DNA of 64,000 bases from NCBI GenBank assembly GCA_965644315.1, contig CBFFRQ010000020.1, positions 124,001 to 188,000 on the forward strand. Direction: 5' to 3'. This DNA is from Caecitellus pseudoparvulus. Lineage: Eukaryota; Protista; Bigyra: Bicosoecida. A program made the position numbers and the translations under genes. The notes below the pieces were generated by a model. The model searched no databases and was not told where the DNA came from. It was given only the letters and a program-made list of their open reading frames with translations. Below, piece after piece: positions 20,038-31,284 of the stretch (positions are counted from its first letter, which is position 1; every line of letters begins with the position of its first letter).

Positions 20038-22653
20038 TCATCGGCCGGCCCCTGTCGCGACGGCCCCCGCAAACGCAGTCGCCTGACCGGCAGAGCCATC
20101 CAGAACGCCTCGCACCGCCCCTGCGACAGCCGGGTGCGCCGTGCCGCCCGAAACCCACGCCTCCAGCTCGGCCTTCACACTCGCCACCTCTGCTGCCTCC
20201 TCTTGCCCTGCGCTGGCCAGGGCCACGTGCAGTCCACGCGCTGCCGCCGCACCCTTGCCGGCCGCAAGGGCCACCTTGGCAGCGACGATGCCGGCCTTGG
20301 CGTCGGTCGGCGCTGCGGCCAACCACAGTCGCGCGAATTCCTCAGCCTTGGCTAGGGGCTGCTTGGTGGCCAAGTACTCCTTGCCCTCGGGGTCCTGGTC
20401 CGTCTTGGGGGGCTTCTTGCCCTTGGCCTTGAGAGCAGCGGCCGCTGCCTCTGCCTCTGCTGCCGCCGCAGCAGCGCGCTTGCGCGCAGCCTTAATGCGG
20501 TTCTTGGCCTTCTGCCGCTCCTTCTTGTCCATGGCAGCCAGTTCCTCCTCCGTCGGCTCTGCGTCTTCCTCCTCCACCACGTGCAGTTCAGGGTGCTGGG
20601 CCAGGAACAAGTACTGCCGCGCGAGGCCGCCCAGTGCCTCCACGTAGAACGGCTGGGCAAAGATGTCATCCACCCACTGCAGGAAGGCCAAGTACACGCG
20701 CAAGTTCATCTTGCGCAGGACGTATTGGTGGAAGTCAAACTGGTCCTCGATGAAGGTGTTGAAGTGGGTGTGCAGGTTGTGGTAGCGCTTCAACGCCATG
20801 GCCACGTTGCCCTCGGCCTCGTACGCCCGGGCAGCGTGCAGGCAGTACCACAGGTGCTGCATGTCAATGATGTTGAAGAGGGGGTCCCCCTCCTGACGGG
20901 CGAAGAGGGCCATGGTGTCCGCCCCCTCCTTTGTGCGCCCCGCTGCCAAGAGGTACTTCACAGCCTTCGTGTTGATGTGGCGGTCAGCCAGGTCCAGCCC
21001 CCGCGCCTCCACCAGCACGTCAGCAGCTTCTCCCAAGCGGCCCAACTTCTTCAACAGGCGCGCCTTGATGGAGTACAGTTCAATGACGGTGGGGCTGTGC
21101 TGCAGCGCCGCCTCCACGTGCACCAGACCCTCGTCGAAGGTGCCAACTTGGCGTGCATGGGCCGCCAAGTGAGCCAGGGCCCACATGACGTCAGTGGGGC
21201 TGCCAGTGCCCCCGGTCACTGCTGCCTCCGCCTCCGCGTGGATGGTGGTGAGGGTCTGCCCGATCACCTCGCTCTTTCCTGGGTGGCTGTACAGGCGCTT
21301 GATGTCCTGGGACAGGCTGGGCACGCCCTTGCGCACGGCGTACTGCAAGTACGCCTTCAGGCGCGGCGCGAACTCGGGATGCTCCGCAGCCAGGAAGTCC
21401 AGGGGCATGCGCTGGTGTGCTCGGCAGCGCTTGGCCACCGCTGCCTCGGCAGTGTAGAACTCCAGCAGTGCAGCCGTGGACTCGGGCGTCAGGCTGGCCA
21501 GGCCCTCCGCGGTGCTGACCGCAGTGGCGGTGCCCTTTCCGGCCAAAGCCGCTGCTGCGTCCTCCGGTCGCAGGATGCTGGCGATGACGCCACGGTGGTA
21601 CACGTAGTTGTCGGGGTTCACATGGCGCAGCAGGGCCTTCCACAGGGTCCCTGCCTCCTCCCACGCCCCCTGCAAGGACAGCAGGCGGGCCTTGGTCTCT
21701 GTCGCGTCATGCTTGTCAAGAACGTACTCCCAGCCGCCAGTCAGCTCCTCCAAAGCTGCTGCGATGTCCCCCCGCTCCTCCAGCAGCTGCGTCTTCAGCA
21801 GCACCAGCTCGCTGCTGGACTGGTTCAGCCCTCGCTTGGAGCCCATGGTCACCTCGTACTTGCTCAGCACTTGCAGAGCGAGGTCTGTGTACCCTGTCAT
21901 GTGCAGGCCCAGGGCAAAGCCAGCCCAGTTCGTTTCGCCGCCTGCCTTGCTCATCATCATCGTGCGCTGTGTCTCGCGGAAGCCAGCCAAGTCACGGGTC
22001 TGGATCTGCAACAGCGCCATGTCACGCAGGATGTTCAAGTTGTCAGGTTTCAGGCGCAGGGCTTGCTTGTAGCTCTTCATTGCCTCCTTATAGTCGCCCT
22101 GGGCGCGGTGGATGAGGCCAAGCACGTGCCAGCAGGTGGGGGAGGTGATGTGGGCTCGGATGGCCTCCTTCACCAACACCAACGCCTCGTCGTGCTGCTT
22201 TTGGGAGTTCAACACCATGGCTTTCAGGGACAAAGTCTCTGCGGAGTGTCACGCAGCGAAAAGCGAGTGCAGCAGCCAGCGCCAGCCAGCAGGAACGTGT
22301 CAGCAGCCAGCAGCCAGCGCCAGTCGGCCCGCGCACAGCGCAACGCGCGATGCCGTGGACCAGCACGCACCTCCATGGTCAGGAAACTTGGCCAGAATCT
22401 CATCCGCTGCCTTGATTGCATGCTTGTACCGCTTGGTCTCCCAGTGTTTCTGCGCCGGGCAAGGATCGAGACGCAGGTGAAGCAGCATCAAGTTCCGCAG
22501 CAACACTGCCTGTGCACCACCCACCAGAATGCTCTTGTACAGGCCTTGCTCCTTGCCGGGCAAGTTATCGTGGCCCTGAGGCGTGGCGGCAGGCGCTGCT
22601 GCCTTGCCTGCCGCCTTCGCAGGCTTCTTGGCCTTGCCGCTGCGCTTTGGCAT
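20038..22653 (-). CDS. NAA15: NatA N-terminal acetyltransferase auxiliary subunit (TPR protein)
   Basis: Motifs LPGKEQGLYKSIL|KHWETKRYKHAIKAADEILAKFPDHG|ETLSLKA, CWHVLGL, NILRDMALLQIQTRD, KGVPSL, HSPTVIELY, LDLADRHINTK, EDQFDFHQY and DQDPEG. Two 5' introns. Confidence 0.95.
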
Positions 22654-22812
22654 GACGGCGTCGAAGATGCCTCGGTTGTCCTCCTTTCACACAGGGCCTG
22701 CCTTCAGCTGGCCTGCCCACAAACCAGCAGGCGGCTCGTGCGGGGAGTGGGGGGGGGGCACTGCTGGCTGCAGGGTGAAACAAAAGTGCATTGGCCAGTC
22801 TGGTGGCGCCGC

Positions 22813-24547
22813 TCAGTCTCGCTTCAGCGTGCTTCGGCTGGAAGCGTGCCTGGCCGCAGGCCGCGATCCCGCACTTCCACCAACGCTGAAGAGCGAGGAG
22901 GTGCTGGAGGGAATGGCCATCCCTGAACCTGGTGCGAAGCCAGCCTCGCCCAGCTGCTCGTCATGGCCTCTGCCCGCCACGGCACCAGTCAGCTGCGCTG
23001 GAGCTGCAATGAGCGAGTACTTGGCAGTGAAGAGGAGCAGGGCCAGGAGGGTGATGACAGCCGCGACGATGAACGTGGCGTCAAACCAGCGGTAGAAGAA
23101 ATTCCACTGCACAGGGCCCAGGGCAGCAACGATGCCCCCCCGGTACACGTCGGGCAGGGACTTGCGCACAAGCAGCACCATGGCCAAGAAGTACGAACCC
23201 ATCACCGTGGACAGCACCAAGCCCATGGGTGCAGCCAGGTTGGCTGACGAGTACGCCCTGAAGAGCTTGGAGGAGTTGGACAGGAAGCCTTGCACGGAGG
23301 ACAGCATGAGGCCCCCCGCTGCCAGGAAGGAAAGCGGCTGCACCAGGCTGGCTGCGTTGGGGATGTTGTAGTACAGCAGCACAGTGCGCAGACCGGTGGT
23401 GATGGGATCAGAGGTGGGGTCTCGGCTCAGGAGGACGTTGAGGGTGGAGATGATGACACGGTACACGCCGTAGCCAGACAGCCCCACCCCCGCCACACGC
23501 AGCAGTCGCCCCTGCAACGTCCTTGCCTGCGCCATGCGCTCCTGGGCTTGCAACAGCTCCACCAATTCCATGTGTTCGTGCTGCAGCAGTGCCCGTAACA
23601 TGCCCACCTCCGCACGAAGCGCGAGCTGGGCCTGCCCTGCGCCCGACCCGGGCCTGGGCCCGCAGCCCAGCACCTCTGCAAGCGCGCCTGCCAGGCTAGC
23701 CTCCCCCGCTGCTGCTTTTGCTACGCCAGAAGAGGGCTGCGCAGCCAGGAGCTTGCGGTCTGCCACCGCCACTCTGTCGAGCAGCCTCCGGCACTCGATG
23801 CGCTTTGTGGACACCTGCTTTGGGGTCACTGATGACCAGCCAAGCGTGATGAAGTTGTAGGGACTAGCCACTGCCCCGTACCCTGACAGAACAGCGGCCA
23901 CGGTCACCCCCAGCATGCCGAGCCTGCCCACAACGCCCTCCAATCCGCCTGGCTGTGTCTCGCCGGCGCCCAGCCCGCTGCCACGTGACGGAGGCCTAGT
24001 GAGCGGAAACAGCTGCCCCAGGCGCCACGTGAGGAAGAGGAAGCCTGCCTCCCCTACAATGGAAACGAAGAGAGCCACCCTCCACGACCAGCCCCGTGCT
24101 GCGGTGATAGTGTAGCCCAGTAGCACAGGCTGCACGACGAGCAGGAGGCTTGCCAGCGCCGACAGGTCCAAGCGCCACAGGACTTCACGTGTGGAGGGCG
24201 TCATTAAGCTGGATATTTCTAAGATGACCAAGCTCAGCATGTGGGTGCTCAACATGAACGTCAAGGAGAACAGGACCTGTGTGCGGCGGGGCGTGTCCGA
24301 GTGGCCGCGCCGGCGTTTCAGACGTAACTCCACTACACACATGCACCACACGATTTAGCCAGCCGTAGTGACTCAGGAGCCAGGCACCGTAGAATGCAAA
24401 TGCAAACGCAAACGGCACCGCATACGTGAGGCAGGTCAAAAGCACATCAGACTCGACGGTGCCAGTCTGCAGTCCGGAGAGCTGCCCTGGGACTTGCACG
24501 CTCCCATTGCCCAAAGCACTCGCAACACCTTCTCCCAAGCCAGCCAT
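22813..24547 (-). CDS. GPR89: Golgi pH regulator / GPCR-type G protein (GPHR/GTG)
   Basis: Motifs LFSLTFMLS, GRLGMLGVTVAAVLSGYGAVASPY, DPIT, MGSYF and FYRWFD. Intron at about 24277-24346. Confidence 0.9.
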
Positions 24548-24808
24548 CGCTCCCCCCCGCAGGTCGGGCTTCGACCAAAGTCTGCACCCGTGCACACCCA
24601 AGCACCTGGTGTTAAATATGAAACCCACCCTCACCACTGGCACTCAGCTGCGCCTCGTGCAGCTGCTTTCAGAACGTCGCCCGTGCTGGTGGAGTTTCGA
24701 TTGTGCGCAAAACGGCCGAGTGCCTCAGCTCCCCCCCTTGGGCCCGCCCTGGCACGTTTTCCGCCATATTGGAAGCTGTACTGACTTACACAGTCAACTC
24801 TTGTCAGT

Positions 24809-25717
24809 ATGCTGGCCCGCATGGCTGCACTGCCGATGATGGCAGGCAGGACTGCCATTGCCGAAACGCCTCTGGCGTGCGCACGGCTGCCGTGGGCACC
24901 ACAGTCGAGGCTGCTCCCTCACAAGCTGCGAGCGGCGACGCTGCATGCTGGACGGTCTGCTATTGTTCCTCGTGTGGCAGGGAAGGCCTTCGCACTGGCA
25001 GGGGCTGTGCGTGCACAGGCTGGTGCTGGACTGCGGAGGGGCAAGCTTGCGTTGCAAGCAGCCGCCGGGCGCGGCATCTCTTCCTTGCGCCGACTGCCTA
25101 ACCCCAACTCCATCGTGTACATCCTGATGGGCACGAACTTGGCTGTGTATGGCATGTGGCAGGTGTACGACAGGCGGTGGATGATGCGCCACTTTACGCT
25201 GTCCGCTGACGGGCTGCGGCGGCGGGGTAGGTGGTGGACCCTCATCACGCACTACTTTTCCCACTTCAACGTCTGGCACCTGGCCGCCAACATGGTAGGG
25301 CTGTACGTATTTGGACCACTTGTGGCGGGCGCCATGGGCAGCAGCTTCTTGGGTTTCTACACTGTCGCGGGCATCGGCAGCGGGCTCGGTGACTTGGCGT
25401 GGGAAGCTCTGCAAAAGGCATACTTCTCGCCCTCCGATTGGATGGCGTCATCCAACGTCATGCTGGGGGCCAGCGGGGCCGTGTACGGCGTCGTGTCGTA
25501 CGGCATCGCCATGAACCCTGCGGCGCGGCTGTATTTGTACGGCATCTTGCCAATGCCTGCGTGGCTGCTGGGGGTGGGGCTCGTGGGCTTCTCTGTTTAC
25601 GGAATGCTCCAAAATGCCGAAGGGGACAATGTTGGCCACTCAGCTCACCTGACGGGTGCGCTGATCGGCCTCGCCACCTTTGCAGCGACGAGGGCCCGCA
25701 TCCGGCGCTTCAGGTAG
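24809..25717 (+). CDS. Rhomboid intramembrane serine protease, PARL/Pcp1-like (mitochondrial-type presequence)
   Basis: Motifs WWTLITHYFSH..WHLAANM, catalytic GASG and HSAHLTG, plus an Arg/Ala-rich N-terminus. Confidence 0.9.
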   Translation: MLARMAALPMMAGRTAIAETPLACARLPWAPQSRLLPHKLRAATLHAGRSAIVPRVAGKAFALAGAVRAQAGAGLRRGKLALQAAAGRGISSLRRLPNPNSIVYILMGTNLAVYGMWQVYDRRWMMRHFTLSADGLRRRGRWWTLITHYFSHFNVWHLAANMVGLYVFGPLVAGAMGSSFLGFYTVAGIGSGLGDLAWEALQKAYFSPSDWMASSNVMLGASGAVYGVVSYGIAMNPAARLYLYGILPMPAWLLGVGLVGFSVYGMLQNAEGDNVGHSAHLTGALIGLATFAATRARIRRFR

Positions 25718-25853
25718 CTTCCACGCCACACCTTGTGCGCCAGGGCCGGCCTTGCACAAATACAACCCCACAGATTTTGCAGCACAGCAGCGCGCATTCT
25801 CACCTTTGTTGCGGTCACGGCTTTATGAAACCCTGAGCTTCACAAACTGCACC

Positions 25854-26539
25854 ATGGTTCGAGAAGCACGCTTCAAGCGCCACGGCCCAGCACCAGCTGA
25901 CCGCGTGTGAGCTCCCCCCTTCGCAGGCTGCATCTGGTCAAGAGAAGGTGTGTCATCCTTAGATGTCGGCTCAGCTGTGAATGGGCTGCCACTCTCTGCT
26001 TTTCCTGCACAGGCCATCCAAAGAGCTGCTGAGCAGGAGCAGAAACGGCAGTGCGTACAACCTTTGTGTCCCCTGGGGCCGAGCCCTTGCGGCATCCTAC
26101 ACTAAAGTGCACGCAGGCAGCAAGAAGAGGCACGGCAGAGTATGTTGATGAGCATCCTCACGCAGGAGGCCAAGGAGCGATGTAGGTGTGCTGTCTGCTC
26201 CGCTGCCTGGCGTTGACATGGCGTTTCGTTCGCAACGAGGCCCGCCGGCTGCCACCCAGCTCAGCTTCTGCGCCCTCCTCGCACTCCTCATCGCGTTCCC
26301 CACACATCACAGTGAATAGAATTTCCCTGGTCAAACCTGACAAGGCCCGCGTTGTGGAGAACCGCATCATCCAGATGGCCAAGTCTGGCGCACTCAAAGG
26401 GGAGCAGGTCTCGGACAAGCGCCTCACAGACCTGCTTGCGAACATGGCAGATGCAGGCACCACAGGCGCGACGAAAGTCGTCATGAAACGCCGCACGTAC
26501 GATGACAGCGACGATGATGACGATGACGACGACTTGTGA
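25854..26539 (+). CDS. PDCD5: Programmed cell death protein 5 (dsDNA-binding TFAR19 family)
   Basis: Reconstructed protein M|AASGQEK|AIQRAAEQEQKRQ|QQEEARQSMLMSILTQEAKER|LNRISLVKPDKARVVENRIIQMAKSG..KRRTYDDSDDDD. Introns at 25857-25926, 25948-26012, 26051-26116 and 26182-26312. Confidence 0.88.
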
Positions 26540-27064
26540 GAGGTTGAGTCGTGCGGATGTCTGGCGCATGTGCGCCAGCGCCACGCACTCATCTTGGAAA
26601 GTGGTGTGACACGGCCCACTGGCTCACGCTGAAAGGTGGCCCAGCCTCTCCAGTTGCTCGGTGCGGCTTCCCTGCTGAAGCGTCACTGAGTGGCGAGTGA
26701 ACCCCAAGGTGGCCGACTGCGACGCTGAAGGCTCGAGCACTGCAATGCACGGTGGGTCCAGGCAGCATAAGTGTGAGTGCATGGGCAGTCCAGTGCATGC
26801 TGCCAACAAGGTGCCCTCACCCACTGACTGCCTTGGGCGGAGCTGAACTTCGCTAGCGCCACGAGCAATTCGCGAACAGATCCAATTCACTCACACTGGC
26901 GACGCCAAGCGGCAGCGTGGCGCCACCCTCAAGAGTGAGACCCAGCGCGAGTGGCAAAAGCGCTGCTACGCACACCCAGTCCAATTCAAGCAAGGAACTT
27001 GCCTCGAGGGGACCTGCAGTCGGTGCCCGGTGGTGGCTCTTTGAAAGCGAGGGGCATTCAGAAG

Positions 27065-30000
27065 ATGGGCGACAACACAACGGTGATCCTGACTGCCGAC
27101 GGCGAGGAGCTGGAGGCTCTGAACACAGAGTCCATCATTGCATCGTTGAGCACAAACTGCACCATTGCCCTGATCGCCTTCTCGGTTGTGGCGTTGCTGG
27201 CGCTGCTCTTCCCGGGTACGCAAGAGTGGTGCAGTGCACCAAACCAACGTCGCCAAGCCCACCCCTTCCCGATGCGCAGAGTACTACACCCCCCGGTTGT
27301 TTGCCGCGCCGCTGTTAGGGGACAAACGCCCACCTCCGAAAATCAATGCTACCTGCTTGCTTTGCGGTGGGTGGATCATGCAGCTGTGCTGCTTGACGAA
27401 CCAGCAGGTGATGGACCAGACTGGCCTCGACGGGTACATGTTGGCCCAGACCACCAGCACACTGTGCCGTGTGTTCTCTGTCTTCACGTTCATGTCTTTG
27501 TTGTTCTTAGTTCCATTGGCGTACACAGCTGCTGAACAACCCGACGCTATCTCCCGGGCTGGCCTCGACAACATGCCTGACGGCTCCCCCCGACTGTGGG
27601 CGTGGGTAGTCGTGCTGTACATCATCACCTTCGTCGCCTTGGCTGCTGTGTATGGCCTGTCCACAGAGTACGCCATTCTTCGTCGGAAGTTCTTGAGGGA
27701 TTCCGTGCTCGCAGGCATCTCGCCGGGGTCGAACAAGCCTGACTTCAGCCCCTCAGCTGCGAAGCACCGAAGACGCCCGTCGGTGCTGTCAGCAGACGCG
27801 GCTGCGGCGAGGGCCAAGGCCGAGCCGACAGAGGGGCCTACCCAGCGGACCACTGCAACGACAGTGGTGGACCTGGAGTTCGCTGCAGAGTGTGCGGTGC
27901 GAGAGTTCGGGGAGGACGGCTCCTTTGCCTGGCCACGCACAGTGCTGGCGACGGACATCCCCCCCCACGTGGACGACTCCCCCAAGCTCCGGCAGCTTTT
28001 CGAAGCCATGTACCCTGGGCAAGTCGAAGCGGCCACGTTGCTGACCGACAGTGGTGACGTCGACGACCTGCAAGGCGAACGTGACGAAACGGCAGTGCTG
28101 TACGAAACAGCCCGCTGGCTGCACCGCTCCCGCACGAAGCCCATCCAGCGCGTCGTGTACGCCAACCGCTGTGGCTGCATCGCATTTCTGTGTGGGGTGC
28201 TGGGCATCAACCCTTTGGCTGTTGAGGACAGCCGTGCTCTGGTGCCGACAGGCACGTCCCCACCAGCCACCAAGGCCAAGAAGGACGAAGAGGGTGGCAA
28301 GGATGGAGAGGACGAGGATGATGATGATACGCCGCCCCCCGAAGCCTCGCGGTACATTTTGAACCAGGCCGTCTCCATGGAGCGTGAGGCACTGTCCTAC
28401 GCCTTGGACCCCTTCTACATGGATGCCAGTTTTTGGGATGACCCACCCGAGGTGAAGGGGAACTACTGTTGCTGCTGCCTCCCCTGTGGCGTTTTCAAGC
28501 GGGGTGGCATGTGCTCGTGGTGGTGCTTGTGCTTGCGCCCGTGCTGCGGCAGCGTGGAGGCAGCCCTGCCCCGTCTGCGCCGTGAGTTGCTCAAGTTGAA
28601 CTACGACCTCGGCGAGCAGCGCATCTCCTGGTGGAAGAAGAACCACAAGGAGGAGCTGCAGGCCATGGGTGTGGTGTTCAAGGAGGAGGCGCCCGTCGTC
28701 TCGGAAACTGCTGCGAAGAAGGCTGCCGCTGCCCGCCGCCGGGACCGCTTCCGGGGACGCAAGGCTGCACATGCCAAGGAGGCTGACCAGAAGCAGCCGC
28801 CTGGCGCAGAGGCAGGTAAGGATGAAGCGCAAGGCAAGAAGGGCACCTTTGGCATCGCTGGAGGGGCGGGGTTCGTCACCTTCAAGTCTGTGCGCCTGGC
28901 AGTGCTGGCCTCCACGGGGTACCACATGCCGGCGGTGGACTTCAAGAATGAGAGTGAGCCAGCCTCTGTCCCCATCTCGCCCACGGCGCCGCCCCCAGAG
29001 TGTGAGGAAGGCGCCGGGGGAGGTGGTGCTTCTGACAAGGCAGCTCGACCAAAGAGCAAGCTAGCGCGCATGGCCACTGCAGCGCCAGGAAAGCTGCTGG
29101 GCGGAGGGCGCTCCAAAATCAAGTCCTTGAATTTGCGGGAGTTCGTTAAGGCTGCTGGCAAGATCGCGAGTACGCCTCCAATGGGCGTGAGCACTGCCCC
29201 GCACCCCCTTGACGTCAACTTCAAGGCAGCAGGCAAGCCGACCAGGGAGCGTGAAGCTGCGCAGTGGTTCGTCCTAGGCTTGCGCATTGGGCTCCTGGTA
29301 CTGTACTCCTTCTTGGCCATCGCAGTATCCTCTGGAGGCGGCAACACTGCTGCGTCAGAGAGCAGCACATCTGTCCTCGTGGTGAACGGCACCACCAACG
29401 GTACGTTGCCTGCAGACGTTGCTCCCCTGGTGCCAGAGGCGGACAACAGCACGGCAGAAGACAACGGGGGAACGATCTCCATCAGCAGCCCTGACGACGC
29501 ATTGAGTGCAGGGGTGGAGTTCTTCTGGACTGTGTACTCAGGCCTGGGGCAATCCTTCCTTCTGGCTGTGCTGCTGAACCTGCTACCCACCATCCTCATG
29601 AAGTTTGCAGAGCTGTCATTGTTTCGGGTGTCTTCAGATGTCAGCGGATTCATGATTGAGAACCTGTTCGCCTTCAAAGCGTGGACTGCCATTGTCATGG
29701 TGGTTCTGGGGAAGAGCCTGCAAGCCACCCTCACCACCATCGTCGAGCAGCCTTTCTCCCTCATCCGGGTGCTGGGCACCCAGCTGCCTTCCTTCGCCTC
29801 CTTCTACATTTCCTTTGTGCTGCTCAAGGCGCTGGCTGACTACCCACGCTCCCTCATCCAGCCCTTTGGCCTGGCAGTGTACGTTATCATCTACCGTCGC
29901 ATGCCCAACTTCCAGAACTTGCTGGACACTACCATTGCCTCTGCTGCTCAAGCATTCAACGCGGCAGCCGCCGTGGCCTCAGCGGTGCCTGTGCCCAAGG

Positions 30001-31139
30001 GCAAAGAGGGTGGCCCTTCCGAGGAGGAGAAGGAGGAAAAGGAGGGCAAGTCTGGTGCTCCAGCCGGTGCCAACCAGGGGGGGCGGGACTCGCCGGCGGG
30101 TGGCAGCGGGACCGAAGCAGGCATGCCCATGCCACAGTACATTCGCCCGCCACCCCCTGAGGCACAGCCTGATACCAAAGCCTCGCCCCCCCCCGTAGCA
30201 TCGCCGAGTGTGCAGGTGACCCCACAGGGCATGGAGGCTGGGGAGGTGGCACTGTGGGAGGCTGCTGAAGCAGAGGAAGAAGCGAAGGAAGAGGGCAAGG
30301 CTGCCGTGGCAAAGCCTGTCCCGCGGGAAGACCTGGAAGTCACTGCCGCTGAGTTCTTTCGCTCACCTCGGCAGTTCATGGAAGGCGTGGTTGATGGGCC
30401 GGGCGAGTTTGACTACGAAGATGCCCTGTCTGAGCTCCTGTTTGTGAACCTGTTGGGGTTCATGTTCGGGGGTATGGTGCCCATGCTGCCGCCCCTCATC
30501 GTGCTGTGCTTCACCATGATGGGACTCACCATGCGCTACCAGCTCATCTACCTCAACGCGCCCACGCGTGATGCAGGTGCAGCCTGGCTGCCTCGTGTCG
30601 TGAACCGCATCGTCTTCGCTCTCATTGCGCAGCAACTCGTGCTGGCGAGTCTGCTTCTGATTCAGGGCCAGCCTGCAGCGGGGGGGCTCTGCCTCCTGCC
30701 AGCGTTGGTCACATACCTGTTCCTCGGCGTCCTGAACAATCGTGTGTTCTTGGCGGCGAACAAGTTGTCTGTGAAAGAGGCTGCAGAGGCAGACATCATC
30801 AGGGCCGCCATGATGGGCACGCGCCCCCAAAAGCTCGCCATGAGCCCAGCAACCATGGCGAAGAAGGCCCGCAAGGCGGCCCGCAAGGCACGCCGGGCGG
30901 CTGCAGCGGGGCAGGCACCAAAGACTCTCTCGAGGGAGGAGGAGGAGCGCATCGTAGGGCAGTTCATGGAAGAGATGCTCAAGACGCATGCGTACATTCC
31001 CCCCTCGCTGCTGCCGCACCGCGACATTCAGCCGGGAGTCATCACGCTGCCGTCGGCCGTGGAGGTGGAGCTGGAGAAGTCCAGGAAGGAAGTCGTGCGC
31101 CCCCCCCCTGCGATGGCCAGCGGGGCCGCAGCAGTGTAG
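27065..31139 (+). CDS. OSCA/TMEM63/CSC1 mechano- and osmo-sensitive cation channel
   Basis: N-terminal TM|EYYTPR, TGLDGYML, RTVLATDIP, AGFVTFKS, APHPLDVNF, LGTQLPSFASFYISF, FDYE and RYQLIY. Intron at 27216-27279. Confidence 0.88.
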
Positions 31140-31284
31140 TGCAGCGCCAGCCGCTGCAACTTGTCAATTCAATCACGTCATTGCCGACCGCAGCCCCAGG
31201 TAGGAGAAGGCTTGGCGTCGCCTGCCCCCCCCAGCCACGGCGTGGTGGCGGATTTTGACCCAGCTTTGCCTGGGACATACTGTG

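Noticed and set aside
26540-27064. Possible small minus-strand gene and the inverted repeat CTGGCGCA-TG-TGCGCCAG (26561-26578)
   Set aside because: No coherent start, splice and homology pattern; short inverted repeats are common at this GC content.
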